From Octopus vulgaris (Eukaryota), in the NCBI GenBank assembly GCA_951406725.2, contig OX597817.1, positions 109,926,001-109,990,000 on the forward strand: a DNA stretch of 64,000 nucleotides, written 5' to 3'. Position numbers and translations under genes: made by a program. Below the pieces are notes generated by a model that saw only the letters and a program-made list of their open reading frames with translations, ran no database searches and was not told the DNA's origin. Positions 1 through 13,728 of this stretch are shown piece after piece; the stretch's first letter is position 1, and each line of letters opens with the position of its first letter.

Positions 1-210
1 CGTCCGGTTTTACAACTCCATTTTGTCCATGGGTGATTTCAACGGAGTTCGCTCTTTTGAAGTATTCGGGCCAGGATTACGTTTCTAGTCCTAGAAAATA
101 ATTAAGTGCCATAGATGCTCCCCAACCATCTCTCAAAAACTAAATAGTAAAAAATTTCAGATGCCGTCATAGTCGACTCTGATTTTTATTCCCTCAAAAA
201 CAATGAAATA

Positions 211-425
211 TTGGTTTCAAATTTTGGCACAACGCCAGCGATTTCAGGGAAGGGGCTAAGTCGATCACACCGACCCAGGTGCTCGACTGATACTAATTTA
301 ACGACCATGAAAGGATGAAAGGCAAAGTCGACCTCAGTGGAATTAGAACTCAGAACGTAAAGACGGTCGAAATGCCGCAAAGCTCTTTGACCGGCGTGCT
401 AGCGTTTCTGCCAGCTCGACGCCAG
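211..425 (-). mobile_element. tRNA-derived SINE, family A (older 3' tail GGCCTTGTGCCAAAATTTGAAACC)
   Basis: Reverse complement matches the family-A body seen many times in the window (GAGCTGGCAGAAACGCTAGC...GTTCTGAGTT...GGTCGACTTTGCCTTTCATCCTTTC). Confidence 0.85.
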
Positions 426-990
426 CGAAATCAATAAAATATTGACAAAAAACATATACAGAAACAAAACTACAGACAAAGCATATATAGAAATAAACAA
501 TTTGTGACCTTGTGTCAGTGCAAGAAACCGTTATTATAATTGCTGTCAGTTGTAAAGCTAGATCATAAAATATGTATTCCATTGAGGATTAGTGTGTCAA
601 AATGTCCTGCACATCCTGTCTAAATGTTTAAATGCAGATATTAATACGATAATAATTTTTCTACAGAGCGGAAATTTTTTATTTTCTCATATCTATCTAC
701 GCTACGTTACTATTCATTTTATTTCTGATCAGCAAGTCTCATTTCCGAATGTGTACACGGTACCGAACTGGATGCACACTAAAATCCTCTAAGACACCAA
801 ATAACGATCGGAGATAGAAACGTGATATAAATATTACAAATTGTTTATTTTCTGAACAAGAGGTTAATAGTCTGAATACTTTTAGTCTTAAAACAATTAA
901 GTTGTCCTTTCTTGTTAACTTTTTTTATTTTTTTTTAAGATGTACTTGCATAGCAGGTGATTTGATCTGAGATCGTGTGCTGAAACGAAG

Positions 991-1180
991 ACAATTGCAG
1001 CGTGGAAGGTGTTTGTAAGCCATTTAAGAAACACACAAAAGCCGTTCGATTCACTTCAACATTTAAGTTTAATTTGTCAATTAATTTGTTAATTAAACTT
1101 AAACTTAAATGTTGAAGTGAATCGAACGGCTTTTGTGTGTTTCTTAAATGGCTTACAAACACCTTCCACGCTGCAATTGT
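991..1180. repeat. Perfect inverted repeat, 82-bp arms (991-1072 / 1099-1180); probable Penelope-like end inversion
   Basis: ACAATTGCAGCGTGGAAGG...ATTTAAGTTTAA is exactly reverse-complemented after a 26-bp AT-rich spacer. Confidence 0.9.
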
Positions 1181-1269
1181 TTTTTTTTTATATATATGAC
1201 AAAAGAATAAAAAATTTAATTCCTTTTCCCTGAGCTCGTTCCTGCAAATGTATTAAAATTAATAATAAT

Positions 1270-1488
1270 TATTAGTTTTTCAGTCGCGTTTGTTTGTTTG
1301 TTCGTTTGTTTGTCTGTGGACAAAATATCTCAAGAATCGCAGGATGAAACTTTCAGGAATGTTTGGCCTCGTGATTTTGGATCAATCGAGTACCGGACAA
1401 GGATTCTGGATTATTTTTCCGATTTCTTTACTTAATTTTTGAGAGTGGTCGGTTTCATTTTTAGTATTCACGTTTGTGAGAGCAGGTG
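1270..1488 (+). mobile_element. Truncated Helentron-associated (HINE/DINE-1-like) element
   Basis: (GTTT)n tract plus a body homologous to the fuller copy at 48470-48835 (GTACC(G/A)GACAAGGATTCTGGATTATTTTTCC). Confidence 0.65.
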
Positions 1489-1490
1489 TT

Positions 1491-1957
1491 TATGAATGGT
1501 TAAAGGACCAAATCCAAGCTTCTCTGCTAGTTCCTCAACATTTATGATGGGACTTTGTTCCACCAAGGTTTGCAGGACGTACTTGTCGAGCACTACAGAT
1601 CTTCCAGAACGAGTCTTGTCTTCTAGGTTGTACTTTCCGGCTCCGAATTTCTGGAACCAACATTGTCATTGGCTTATGCTTTTTGTCCGATCCCCATATA
1701 CTGCATTAATATTCTTCGCACTTTCTGTTGCGTTATTGCCTTTCTTGAACTCTTAAAGAAAAATATGCCGAATATGCTCCTTCGTCACTTCCATTATAGC
1801 TTTAAAGAAATAACTATTAAGATCAAAATTTGCAATAAGAACAAGGTAAAATTACTACCTGCTTTTATAGCAACTTGATGCAGGTAGTTTATCCCGTCCC
1901 CCTCCCACTTTTAGTTCATGCAATTGAAAATACCGCTTTATTAATGAGATTACCCAA
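1491..1957 (-). mobile_element. Tc1/mariner transposon 5' fragment (TIR plus transposase HTH pseudogene, ATG at 1794)
   Basis: Minus-strand translation MEVTKEHIRHIFL*EFKKGNNATESAKNINAVYGDRT...WFQKFGAGKYNLEDKTRSGRS...EELAEKLG is a mariner N-terminal DNA-binding region with stops. A TIR-like TTGGGTAATCTCATTAATAAAGCGG starts at 1957. Confidence 0.85.
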
Positions 1958-2039
1958 AAATTAAAATTGGAAATAGGTTGTTTGCTTTAGGGTTTTGTTT
2001 TGTTTTTTGGGTTTTTTGGGGGGTGGGGTGTTAATGTAG

Positions 2040-2422
2040 AGTGCCTCCTGTGTAAAAGATCTTATCTCCCATGTACTGACCAACCATACACAACATAAAG
2101 GGTAATGTGTAAAAACCACCTTCGGTCCCGAATGACCATGTGATTGTACCGAAAAAGTTCTCCTCCAAGGTACAAGTCCGGACAAGGTTGTTTGCAGAAG
2201 TCCAGCAGCCACCCATGCATACCAGCCTCCCCTCTCCACCGATGTTGTCCAAGGGAAAGGAAAAGGCTGATACAGCTTAACACCAGTGACGTAGCAACTC
2301 ATTTTGCCAACGTGACATAAAGTAGCTTGCTCAAGAACACAACGCACAGCCCGGTCCGGGAATCGAACTTACAACCTCACGATTGTAAACCTGATGCTCT
2401 AACCACTGAGCCACGCCCCTTC
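2040..2422 (-). mobile_element. tRNA-derived SINE, family C
   Basis: tRNA-like head (GGCTCAGTGGTTAGAG...GTTCGATTCCCGG) plus TGTGTTCTTGAGCAAG; homologous to 35610-35925. Confidence 0.8.
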
Positions 2423-2547
2423 ATCTGCATGATATACAACTGACTCAAACATAAAAATACGTGGTAATTTGAGTTTCACATAGAATCGAATTCGAGCGTG
2501 GTTACAAAGTCGTTGCCTTTCGATTCAGATGATTAATAATTCATACT

Positions 2548-3386
2548 AATTTGGCACAAGGCCAGCAATTTTCTAGGGAAGAAAGCAAGTCGATTACACC
2601 GACTCCAATACTCAACGGGTAATTATTTTATTGGCCCCCAAATAATGAAAGGCAAAGTCAACCACGACAGCATTTGGACTAAGAACGTAAATATCCAGAT
2701 GAAATTCTTCTAAGTGTTTTTGTTCGGTGCGATAACAGTTCTTTCAGCTCACCATATAAACTTTCCAATTGATAATCCTTTCTACTATAGATACAAAGAC
2801 TAAAATCTGGTGCGCTGTGGACGTCGATTACATCGACCCCATTGCTTAACTGCTACTTATTTTATTGATCCTGAAAAGATGAAAGGCAAAGTCGACCTCG
2901 GCAGAATTTGAATCCAGAACGTAAAGATGGACAAAATGGCGCTGAGCATTTTGTTCAGCGTACTAATGTTTCTTATTTCTTTATTGCCCACAAGGGGCTA
3001 AACATAGAGGGGACAAACAAGGACAGACAAACGGATTAAGTCGATTACATCAACCCCAGTGCATAACTGGTACAATTTATCGACCCCGAAAGGATGAAAG
3101 GCAAAGTCGACCTCGGCGGAATTTGAACTCAGAACGTAACGGCAAACGAAATACCTATTTCTTTACAACCCACAAGGAGCTAAACACAGAAGGGACAAAC
3201 AAGGACAGACAAACGGATTAAGTCGATTATATTGACCCCAGTGAGTAACTGGTACTTGTTTAATCGACCCCGAAAGGATGAAATGCAAAGTCGACATCGG
3301 CGGAATTTGAACTTAGAACGAACGGCAGACGAAATACGGGTACGCATTTCGCCCGGCGTGCTAACGTTTCTGCCAGCTCGCCGCCT
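2548..3386 (-). mobile_element. Cluster of co-oriented family-A SINEs (two older copies plus a young dimer at 2975-3386)
   Basis: Four repeats of ATGAAAGGCAAAGTC(G/A)AC-like cores. The two youngest share the tail CCCCTTGTGGG..AAAGAAATA. Confidence 0.9.
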
Positions 3387-3986
3387 TAGCCACTGACAAA
3401 ATTTTGCAAACACATTTCGCCTAGAAAAGTACAATCTGTAGAAATCAAACTTACTAAGTATTGTATTCGTGTGAATGGAAAAAATATGCATAAATTATGC
3501 TAAAAATATATTCAAGAAACAAGTGGCTGTGACAGCATCTCGCCATCCGACAAGAACCCTGCTGACAAAATAACTTTGTCTCTATTTGTTAGACAGTCTC
3601 TATTTATTTGTTAGCTGAACGTAGACTGCGCCTAAATAATTTGATTATATTTTCTCCAATGACTATTTTTGACCAGTTAAAAGGAGCCATGTGATGTACA
3701 GAACAGAAGTAACCTAGTGGGCTAATTTTGTACTAAGCTTCAGACGAAGAGAAAGCATATGTTTGTCATAATTACTCTTTTATATTGTACGAAAGAGAAT
3801 ATAATATACAGTATTGTCCAATCGTTATTGAAGTGCAGTCATGCTGAGATACTACGTTGTTGATTATATAGAGTCATGGACTCCCAACAACTTATATGGT
3901 TGACTTGAGCTTTTTTACTGAAGAACCCTGGAGGAATGAAAGGCAAGGTGGACATGAGTGTAAATTGAACTCAGATGAGACTGCAT

Positions 3987-4041
<55 letters not shown>

Positions 4042-4449
4042 GATATATGATATAGATTCAGAGAATCCTGCGGCTATCACAATAAGCTCCTGCTACAGAA
4101 CTTACCCTTTACTCTTCTCTCCGTTATTTACCTTTCACTGATCAAATCGACGTAATTTTGTCCAATTCTGGCTTTCTTTATATCTTAAACAAAAAAAGTA
4201 ACTTTTGAGTGTATATTTTGAGCTGATCTGTTGATGTAAATACGATGTTTTGGTAATCTAATAAGCTAGCTTTCTTTATTTGCACTAATTTGTCAATATG
4301 CAGTTGTATTGTATAATCCTCAGTACACATATTATAGCAAACATATATGCACAATTTCTTGTCTATTGAAGGTTACAAAACGTCCGTAAGTCAATGGAAG
4401 TTACGTGGTTAAATAAATCTATATTCACCTCTCATCTCCTGACTTTATA

Positions 4450-4487
<38 letters not shown>

Positions 4488-4489
<2 letters not shown>

Positions 4490-4737
4490 TTCATCAAGCA
4501 GACAATTGGGTGTTATACATCGCTGATCACAATGCGCTTCTTCACATTGTTGTAGCTTTCGAATGATGCCAATGCGCTGGCTTGGCGAACAGGTTAACAT
4601 TCCCAGAACGCCAGTCCGTCGCAGGTTCCCCATTTACAATTACGTTGATTGGAGCAACGTGAAATAAGATATTTTGCGATGGTCTGGGACTCGAAACCAC
4701 GACCTTGCCCTCAACACTAGACCACATACTTTCAACA
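4488..4737 (-). mobile_element. Degenerate family-C-like SINE between (TA)n and (GATA)n
   Basis: Head remnant GGTTTCGAGTCCCAGACC and TTATTTCACGTTGCTCC; 3' part shared with 47556-47720. Confidence 0.6.
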
Positions 4738-4764
4738 TAGATAGATAGATAGATAGATAGATAT

Positions 4765-4856
<92 letters not shown>

Positions 4857-4922
4857 GCAGGCAGGCAGGCAGGCAGGCGGATGGGCGGACAGACAGACAG
4901 ACAAGCAGACTGACAGACAGAC

Positions 4923-4980
<58 letters not shown>

Positions 4981-5062
4981 ACTCTTACAAGACTAGTCGC
5001 ATTTCCATCTTTTGTACGTGTCATACATACATGCATACATACATGCATACATACATACATAC
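4738..5062. repeat. Compound (GATA)n/(GGCA)n/(GACA)n/(TACA)n microsatellite
   Basis: Direct reading. Confidence 0.95.
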
Positions 5063-5338
5063 ACAAACAGTCACTCATGTTTCCTTTATTGCTGGATGTC
5101 AAACATGCAACAAAATACCAACGACATAAGAACGTTCTTTCCGAAAAGGCGAGACAGATTGTGTCTTCCAGACTAAAACATTATCAATATTGTCAAATGC
5201 AAAAAGTCAATGAATTCCATTTCATCATTTTTCTTTTTTTAGTTTTAATGGTAATTTAATGTCTGATATTGAATGCAAAATTCCGTAAATGGTTAACATG
5301 TTGATGTTAAGCAGACACAATTTTCAAGTGTCTTACAA

Positions 5339-5878
<540 letters not shown>

Positions 5879-6298
5879 ATTAATGCGTGACTATGCTGAA
5901 TGACGTGCTGTAGGTGTAGCTCCAAAATGTATTCAATATCGTGACATAAAGTGAGAATAACTCCTGCTTTTCGTTCAATTTCATTATGGCGTAAAGAAGA
6001 GTGTGCTCGTACGCATCACAACGTTTGCCTCTTGTGACTGAGGTAATCTTTAAAGACTTTTGTTTCGTACGACTATTTGTGTGTATAAAATACCAACAAT
6101 AAATGTGTGGGTTTGTGTATATGTAAATACAAATATATATTTAAAAAATACAAAACTGCGCATCTGTTATGCTGTAATATAGAATAGCATTTATGTTTCT
6201 TTACAAGCGTAAATTTTACATAAAACACATACATATACACACGTCCGTATATGCGTGTGTGTGTTGTTGTTGTTGTTGTTGTCAATATTTTTATATAA

Positions 6299-6980
6299 GG
6301 CGGTGAGCAGGCAGACACGTTAGCACGCCGGGCGAAATGCGTAGCCGTATTTCGTCTGCGGTTACGTTCTGAGTTCAAATTCCGCCGAGGTCGACATTGC
6401 CTTTCATCCTTTCGGGGTCGATAAATTAAGTACCAGTTACGCACTGGGGTCGATATAATCGACTTAATCCGTTTGTCTGTCCTTGTTTGTCCCCTCTATG
6501 TTTAGCCCCTTGTGGGTAGTAAAGAAATAAATATTTTTATATAATGTGAAGGTGGCGAGCTGGTAGAATCGTTAGCGCGCCGGGCAAAATGCTTTAGCGA
6601 CATTTCGTCCGTCTTCACGTTCTGAGTTCAAATTCTGCCGAGGTCGGCTTTACATTTCATCTTTTTCAGGGTCTATAAAATAAGTGCCCGTTGATCACTG
6701 AGATCCCTCCCTCGAAATTGCTGGCCTTGTGCCAAAATGTGAAACCAATATTTTTACATAGTGTGAAGGCGGTGACCTGACACAATCGTTAGCGCGCCGG
6801 GCAAAATACTTAGCGGCATTTCGTCCGTCTTTACGTTCTGTGATCGAATTCCGTCAAGGCCGACTTTACTTTTCATCCTTTCGGAAGCAATAAAATAGCT
6901 TACCAGTTGAATAGTGGTCGATGCAATCGACGTACACCCTTCACCGAAATTGCTGGCCTCGTGCCAAAATTTGAAATCAA
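6299..6980 (+). mobile_element. Three head-to-tail family-A SINEs; the first (6299-6529) is young with a 15-bp TSD
   Basis: TSD AATATTTTTATATAA at 6284-6298 and 6530-6544; each unit starts GG(C/T)GG(T/C)GA. Confidence 0.9.
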
Positions 6981-7501
6981 TATTTTTACATATTGTTTCT
7001 AATTTATAGCGTTTTATTTACAATATATTTTACTAATGCCTTGCGTAACCAAGTTAAGGTGTTGAACTCATGATCATGAGGTAGTGGGTTCAATTCTTGG
7101 ACAGAGTGGAACATTGATTCTTTGTGTAAAGCACTCCATTTCACGTTATTTCAGTCTTCTCACCTGAAATGAGGTATCGCCCTGCCACAAAATATCAGGC
7201 CTTGTGCCTATAGTAGAAAAGATTATTTTATTTGTTTCAGTCATTGGACAGTGGCCATGCTGGAGTACCATTCTTATATTCATGTTCTATATAATTTACT
7301 TTATTGACAGACATTACCATATTTGAATACTTCAGCATATCCGTATCAATGAGGGAACTTCTATGAGATCGTCCAAACTGCAGGTAATAGGAGCCAAATC
7401 TCTCTTAAATTACATGCTATTGTTCTGGGCTTTTTACATATAGGAAAAAGACGGTATGGTCATGCTTGAAAATACTTTTGCTCATAGGTATGTTCATTTG
7501 T

Positions 7502-7768
7502 GGAGGTGCGTGGCTTAGTGGTTAGGGTGTCAGCATCATGATCGTAAGGTTGTGGTTTCGATTCCTGGACTGGGCGACGAGTTGTGTTCTTGAGCAAAAC
7601 ACTTCCTTTCACGTTGCTCCAGTCCACTCAGCTGGCAAAAATGAGTAACGCTGCGATGGACAGGTGTCCCGTCCAGCTAGGGAACACATACGCCATTGAA
7701 ACCGGGAAACCGAGTCCATGAGCCTGGCTAGCCTTTAAAAGGGCGCATTTATTTATTTATTTATTTAT
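7502..7768 (+). mobile_element. tRNA-derived SINE, family-C head with (TTTA)n tail
   Basis: GGAGGTGCGTGGCTTAGTGGTTAG (A-box-like), GGTTTCGATTCC (B-box-like), TGTGTTCTTGAGCAAAACAC. Confidence 0.8.
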
Positions 7769-8426
7769 GTTCATTTATATGTATAGAACTAAAAGCACAC
7801 ACATGCAACACCAACAATAACCGGCTGCCTCCGCCACCGGATGTCACATCCTCGATAATTCGCAGGATCAAGAATTAGATGGCCGAAAATTTATTTAATT
7901 TCTCGCGACTACATAACCACTTAAAACAATTAGCAAAAGCGTGATACTGGTTTTCGCTTGCTGTGACATGGACTGCCTATCTTCACACACACGCGCACGT
8001 ATGTGTTTGGCGAGGGGGTGCGCACGCGCGTGTGAATGTGTGTGTATGTGTGCGTAATGAAATCTTCCCAATTATTTTTCGGTAATTCGAAACTATCTTT
8101 CTTTCAATCTGTGACGTGCAAATAAGTTACGAAAAGTAGTTAAAGGAGGAGAGAAAAGAAAAGAGCAAGAGGGAGAGCGAGAGAGGGGTAAGGGAAAGAA
8201 TGGGAGAATTAAGTGCGAGGGGAAGAAAGAGTTGAGGGAGAAAACAAGGGAGAAATGAAATCAGAAGGGGAGTGACATTGAGAGTAACACAGCAGCATGA
8301 AGAATTGGAAAGAATGGACCGACAAGACGAGTTGAATCTCGTTTTAAACATTTCTATGACATACTTTCATGTGGCAGATAGCTAAGACGATCAAGATCGA
8401 TGGTTCACCTCCTACTAATAATACTT

Positions 8427-8543
8427 GGCGCAGGAGTGGCTGTGTGATAAGTAGCTTGCTTCCCAACCACATGGTTCCGGGTTCAGTCTTCTACTATAGC
8501 CTCGGACGTAGACGGAAACTGAGAGAAGCCCGTCGTATGTATG

Positions 8544-8605
<62 letters not shown>

Positions 8606-8852
8606 TGTATGTATGTATGTATGTATGTATGCATGTGCATGTGTATATGTTTGTGTGTCTGTGTTTGACCCCCCCAACATCGCTTGTGGTGGTGTGTTTG
8701 CGCCCCCATAACTTAGCGATTCGGCAAAAGAGACCGATAGAATAAGTACTAGGCTTACAAAGAATAAGTCCTGGGGTCGATTTGCTCGACTAAAGGCGGT
8801 GCTCTAGCATGATCGCAGTCAAATGACTGAAACAAGTAAAAGAGTAAAAGAG
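8427..8852 (+). mobile_element. tRNA-derived SINE, family B, with internal microsatellite and internal deletions
   Basis: GGCGCAGGAGTGGCTGTG head and CAGTCAAATGACTGAAACAAGTAAAAGAG tail; homologous to 28657 and 51657. Confidence 0.9.
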
Positions 8853-9894
8853 TGTAAGAGTATACTGCCCATCTTTTTTATATGTATAACAGAGCAATAG
8901 CGTATAATTTAAGAGAGATTTGGTTCCTATCACTAACAGTTCGGACGACCTCATAGAATTTTCCTCATTGACACGGACAGACTGAAGTGTTCAAATATAG
9001 AAACATCTGCCAATAAGATAAATGAAATAGAATATGAAAATAAAAGTGCTACTTCAGCATGGACACAGTTTCAATGACTGAAACAAAGGAAATGGTTAAA
9101 TAATAAAATCATTCTATAGACTATTACCTCCCTGGAAGCTACAGCTCCTGATAAAGACAGAGGGATGTCGTCGTAACAAACGCCATGTTTTGGCAGAATC
9201 CATCCTTCTTCAGGCCTGACTACAAGCTTTGTTTCACTGAGAGGAAAATATGATCCATTAGTTGACTAGTGATTGATACTATCATACATTCGATCCAGTA
9301 TAGGTTTAAAAAAGAGAAGCTGACCGCGATGAGATTTGAACTCAAAATGCAGAGAGCTGGAACGAAGAGTGCAAAATAATCGATTCAAATGGTCTAGCCA
9401 CCCCATCAATCTACGGTTACTGCTGATTATTCAATAACAACTATATTGTTGTCAGTTTACTTTGTATAACTTTCTAATTGATTAATTGTATGGTTTTATT
9501 TGCAACAAGCATTATGTTCTCGTCGTTACAACTGATTAATTATATGTCAATAAGTACATAAAATGAGGTTTTCGTTTTATCGACTCGCCACTTGCACATG
9601 CAAGCAATCACATAAAAACAGAGAGGTAGGGGAGAGAAACGTAAGTACTTACGGAGATAATGAGAAAGTCGATGTTGTTACGTATTTGCGTCTCAAACCA
9701 ACTTGTCAGCGCTCGACAAACATCGATGGTGGATGATACAATGTCACTTTGACTACATCCAAATTTTAAACTTGCTAACTGCGTTCAGAAACAACCAAAT
9801 GTGACTCTGATCTAAGTCAGTAATGCGATTACCGATTTTTCTTTTCCTTTTGCTTTTTTTTTTTTTTTTGGGTGGGGGGAGTTAGCAAATTTGG

Positions 9895-10665
9895 TAACGT
9901 TATTATGTTAAAATTCATTTTAACATTGTCGTGTTAAAATTCCCATGACCATTAGTATATTAAAACGCCAATTAAAATTGTCATGTTTAAACCTTTATTA
10001 ACACTAGTATGTTAGAACATTCATATTCATTGCCATAATAAAACTCTTATTAATATTACAGGTGTTTTATGCCCATCTTATAACACCCGTTAACATTCAT
10101 GTGATAAAACGTTGTCGTGTTTTAATATTCATTTCAAATTTTGACACAAGGCCAGCAATTTCGGGAGCAAGGATAAGTTGATTACATCTACTCCAGTACA
10201 CAACAGGCACTTAATTTATCGACCCCGAAAGGATAAAAGGCAAGGACGACAACGGCGAAATTTGAACTCAGACCGTAAAGGCTGACGAAATACCTATTTC
10301 TATTTCTTTACAACCCACAAGGGGTTAAACACAAAGGGGATAAACAAGAACAGACAAACGGATTAAGTCGATTACATCGACCCCCAGTGCGTAACTGGTA
10401 CTTAATTTATCGACCCCGAAAGGGTGAAAGGCAAAATCGACCTCGGCGGAATTTGAACTCAGAACGTAACGGCAGACGAAATACGGCTACGCATTTCACG
10501 CGGCGTGCTAACGATTCTGCCAGCTCGCCGCCTTAAAACGTCCCTTATTAGCATGTTAAAACTTCTATTACCATTGTCGTTAACACACCCATTAAAACTG
10601 TCGTGTTAAAATCCCCTTTAACATTGTTGTGGTGAAACCAACATTTATATTATCGTGTTAAACAT
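9895..10665. repeat. Degenerate ~26-bp minisatellite (AACATTGTCGTGTTAAAA-like) interrupted by two minus-strand family-A SINEs (10135-10533)
   Basis: Repeated (A/C)A(C/T)TGTCGTGTTAAAA variants on both sides of the SINE pair. Confidence 0.7.
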
Positions 10666-11074
10666 TTCTTGTTTTTGTAATTTGCTGAAGAGTATTTTAT
10701 TAGTTCTATACCTTTACTGTTTGTTTGTCAAAGCGACAAATGGGCCGAGCCATAAGAGCATTAAATAGAATGCCCTGTGGTATTAGACCTAGCACTCTGA
10801 GTTCAAATACGACTGAAGGCAATTTTGTCGTTCATACTTTCAGGATCGATAAATAGAGGACCAATACTGAACTATTTTTTCCTCTTTCCTAACTTTTTCT
10901 CCTTTCTGTCTAGCTCACTTTCTATTTCTGGAAAAATTTCGACTGAAGCAAAACCTTGAGGGACGTTGACTCTACCGTATTTCACACCAATGACTCTAAG
11001 ACCCGATTAGAAATCAGAAGTCCATAGTAAAGAGTTTATGCATCATAATCTCTTCTGCATCAACAGTATAAGGG

Positions 11075-11290
11075 CGATGGTTTGGTAGAATCATCAGCAC
11101 GCCGAACAAAATTCTTAGCAGTATTGCTCTCACCTTTACGTTCTGAGTTCTCCGCCGAGGTCGATTTTGCCTTTCATCCTTTCGGAGTCTATAAACTAAG
11201 TACTAGTTAAGTTCTGGAGGTCGATTGCCTAGTTAAGCCCTGGAGGTAACTGACTAGCCCCCTCCTCTTAAATTTCAAACCTTGTACCTG
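11075..11290 (+). mobile_element. Degenerate family-A SINE
   Basis: TTACGTTCTGAGTTC..CCGCCGAGGTCGATTTTGCCTTTCATCCTTTCGG. Confidence 0.8.
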
Positions 11291-11325
11291 TAATAAAAAA
11301 GAAAAATACATGTCTCAAGAGTATG

Positions 11326-11366
<41 letters not shown>

Positions 11367-11368
<2 letters not shown>

Positions 11369-11545
11369 GGAAAGTATGAAAAATAGACGAAAATGTACAT
11401 TGTAAATAAAAAAAAGCAAAGGCTTTTTATGCAAAGTAACGAAAGATATATACAATTACTAGGTATATACAATTACTTTGCATAAAAAGCCTTTACTCTT
11501 TTTGATTTACAATGAACATTTTCGTCTATTTTTATTACTTTCCCC
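11367..11545. repeat. Imperfect inverted repeat, 73-bp arms, abutting (TA)n
   Basis: GGGGAAAGTA...GCAAAGTAA (11367-11439) pairs with TTACTTTGC...TACTTTCCCC (11473-11545) with a few mismatches. Confidence 0.85.
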
Positions 11546-13569
11546 TTACATTACCACGTGTAGTTTCTATTTTCTTTTTGTAACATATTTCTATTATATA
11601 TATATATAGCCATGAACATCTCAACTATAATGGACAGGATTGAGGACACGAAAATATTTTATTGTCTGTTGACATTTCGCTTTCTTTACAATCTAAATTT
11701 ATAAGTAACATACCGAACTACAATATTAAGAAATACGAAAAGCACAGAGTTATCTATGAAGCAGGAGTGTTTGAATTACGCTAAAATTTCGATACTGTTG
11801 AATAGAATACAGTCGGCTTCTTTAAAGTTAAAACAGAATAAATGATGCGAATGTTGTTTTCAAAATAATGCATGTATAAGTATTTGTGTATCATCACTTC
11901 CAAAGGGAGTGTTTATAGTCAGTTTATAAAGTTTATTCGCTCTCACATGTATATTCTTTCTAACAATAATCAAGAATTTGTCGCATGTGCACAAAAACAC
12001 ACACACGCACACACACTCACAGAAATGTATGTATATATATATTTTTGTATGTATGTGTTTGTCGAGGATATATTTACACATATATGTATATATAATATAA
12101 TACCTATTACATATAGACTTTATACATATATATATACTGTGTGCGTACGTGTGCAGGATTACGATTAGCGGTTCGACAATTCGATCTTACACATCTATAA
12201 AACAAGTACCAGAGTGAAATAAAAATTAAAGTTCACAAAGCCTTTAAGGAAGGAGTGGTGCATGAGGTGTAGTCGCAGTCCTACCTTTGTCACTAAATAA
12301 TATATACATAGTAAACACCAAATATTTCTTTACAGTTAATTCCCTTTAATTTACCCCTCCCTACTTTTCTATTCTAGGGGAGATAATCACAAGATTTTTC
12401 TTTTTTATGATGCATGGCCGTAACAGAGACTAGGTATATGCGATATGAATATTACTAAATAGAGACAATTTATTTTATTGAAGCAGAACGGTTGAATATA
12501 AATAAGTACATGAAACTGCGTGTAAATATCAGATAGATAAGAGGTATTAATTATTATATATAATACATTTTATCTTATGATAGTTATATGCATATATAAT
12601 ACATTTTATACATTGTAAATATGCATAATTTTAATAAGTTCATAATATATAACAGATTGCGCTGAATTTCTATTGACTAATTAATTGTATATATTGTAGT
12701 TGTGATATTGTTGTTATTAAAAAAGAATATTTTTATTATATATGATATATTAAAAAGAAAATTATGTATTGTATACGTAAGTATTTCTGAATGGCAAGTT
12801 CAATAGATTTACATAATTTAGTAATTTGAATCTGAAAACTGATCGAACCACTAACCTAACCTGTTTAATTTCGTTTCTCGAAGAACAGGAAGATTCATAT
12901 GGTCAACGGAGAGGATATCAGCATTTGAGAAACTCAATGCTTTCTTTCCAGATCTAACTCCAAAGATGCTGTGAAAGCTATATCCGATTTCATTACCGTG
13001 TAATGTTCGAAGAATTTTTTATGTTTATCTATTTATCCATTAATTCATTGATTATTATATTATAGCTAAAATCCAGAATTCAAGAAAACTAGTCTCTTTT
13101 CCACTCCCCGGGTCAACAAAATGTATTAACACCTACAAACCCTCTTAAAATATGAGCTGTCAGTGTAGTCGTAACTCTTTCAAATTCCTAGAGTTGTGTA
13201 ATTTTTTATGTCTGCCATTTCAAGATTAATTCGTACTTTTTATTGAAACAGTTAGTAATTTGGCATCAACATACACCATCCTGCAAAGGCAAGTTCTCAT
13301 CTCTTATATACAGCAGTTAGTGTTTGCCTTGTGTTTTACTAAATATATTTTGGGAAAACCGTACCTCTTATGCTATTGAACTTTCATTTAAATCTATAAA
13401 AATTCGTTATAGGTGAGCAAAGCGTTGAATTAATTTTTAGCAAATTTTATTTTTTTATTGTTGTTAATTATACTTTTTTTCATTGTTGTAAATCATAACT
13501 TTCATATTTTTTTTTGTAAATCATATGAAGAAATATGAATGCACATTATTAAAAGACAGCAATTATCAG

Positions 13570-13728
13570 GCTGGGCAAAATGCTTAGCGGCCTTTTTTCC
13601 GTCTTTACCTTCTGGGTTCAAATTCTGTCGAGGTCGACTTTGCCTTTCGCCCTTTCGGTGTCGATGAAAATATGTACCAGTTGCGCACTGGGGCCGATAT
13701 AATTGACTTACCCCCTTACCCGAAATTT
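13570..13728 (+). mobile_element. Family-A SINE, 5'-degenerate
   Basis: GGTCGACTTTGCCTTTC core. Confidence 0.75.

Noticed and set aside
1496-1878. Plus-strand ORFs of 86 and 71 aa
   Set aside because: Antisense to the mariner transposase fragment.
9140-9220. Two opposed hammerhead-like cores (CTGATAA on plus, CTGAAGA on minus)
   Set aside because: Both lack an intact GAAA and a convincing stem I.
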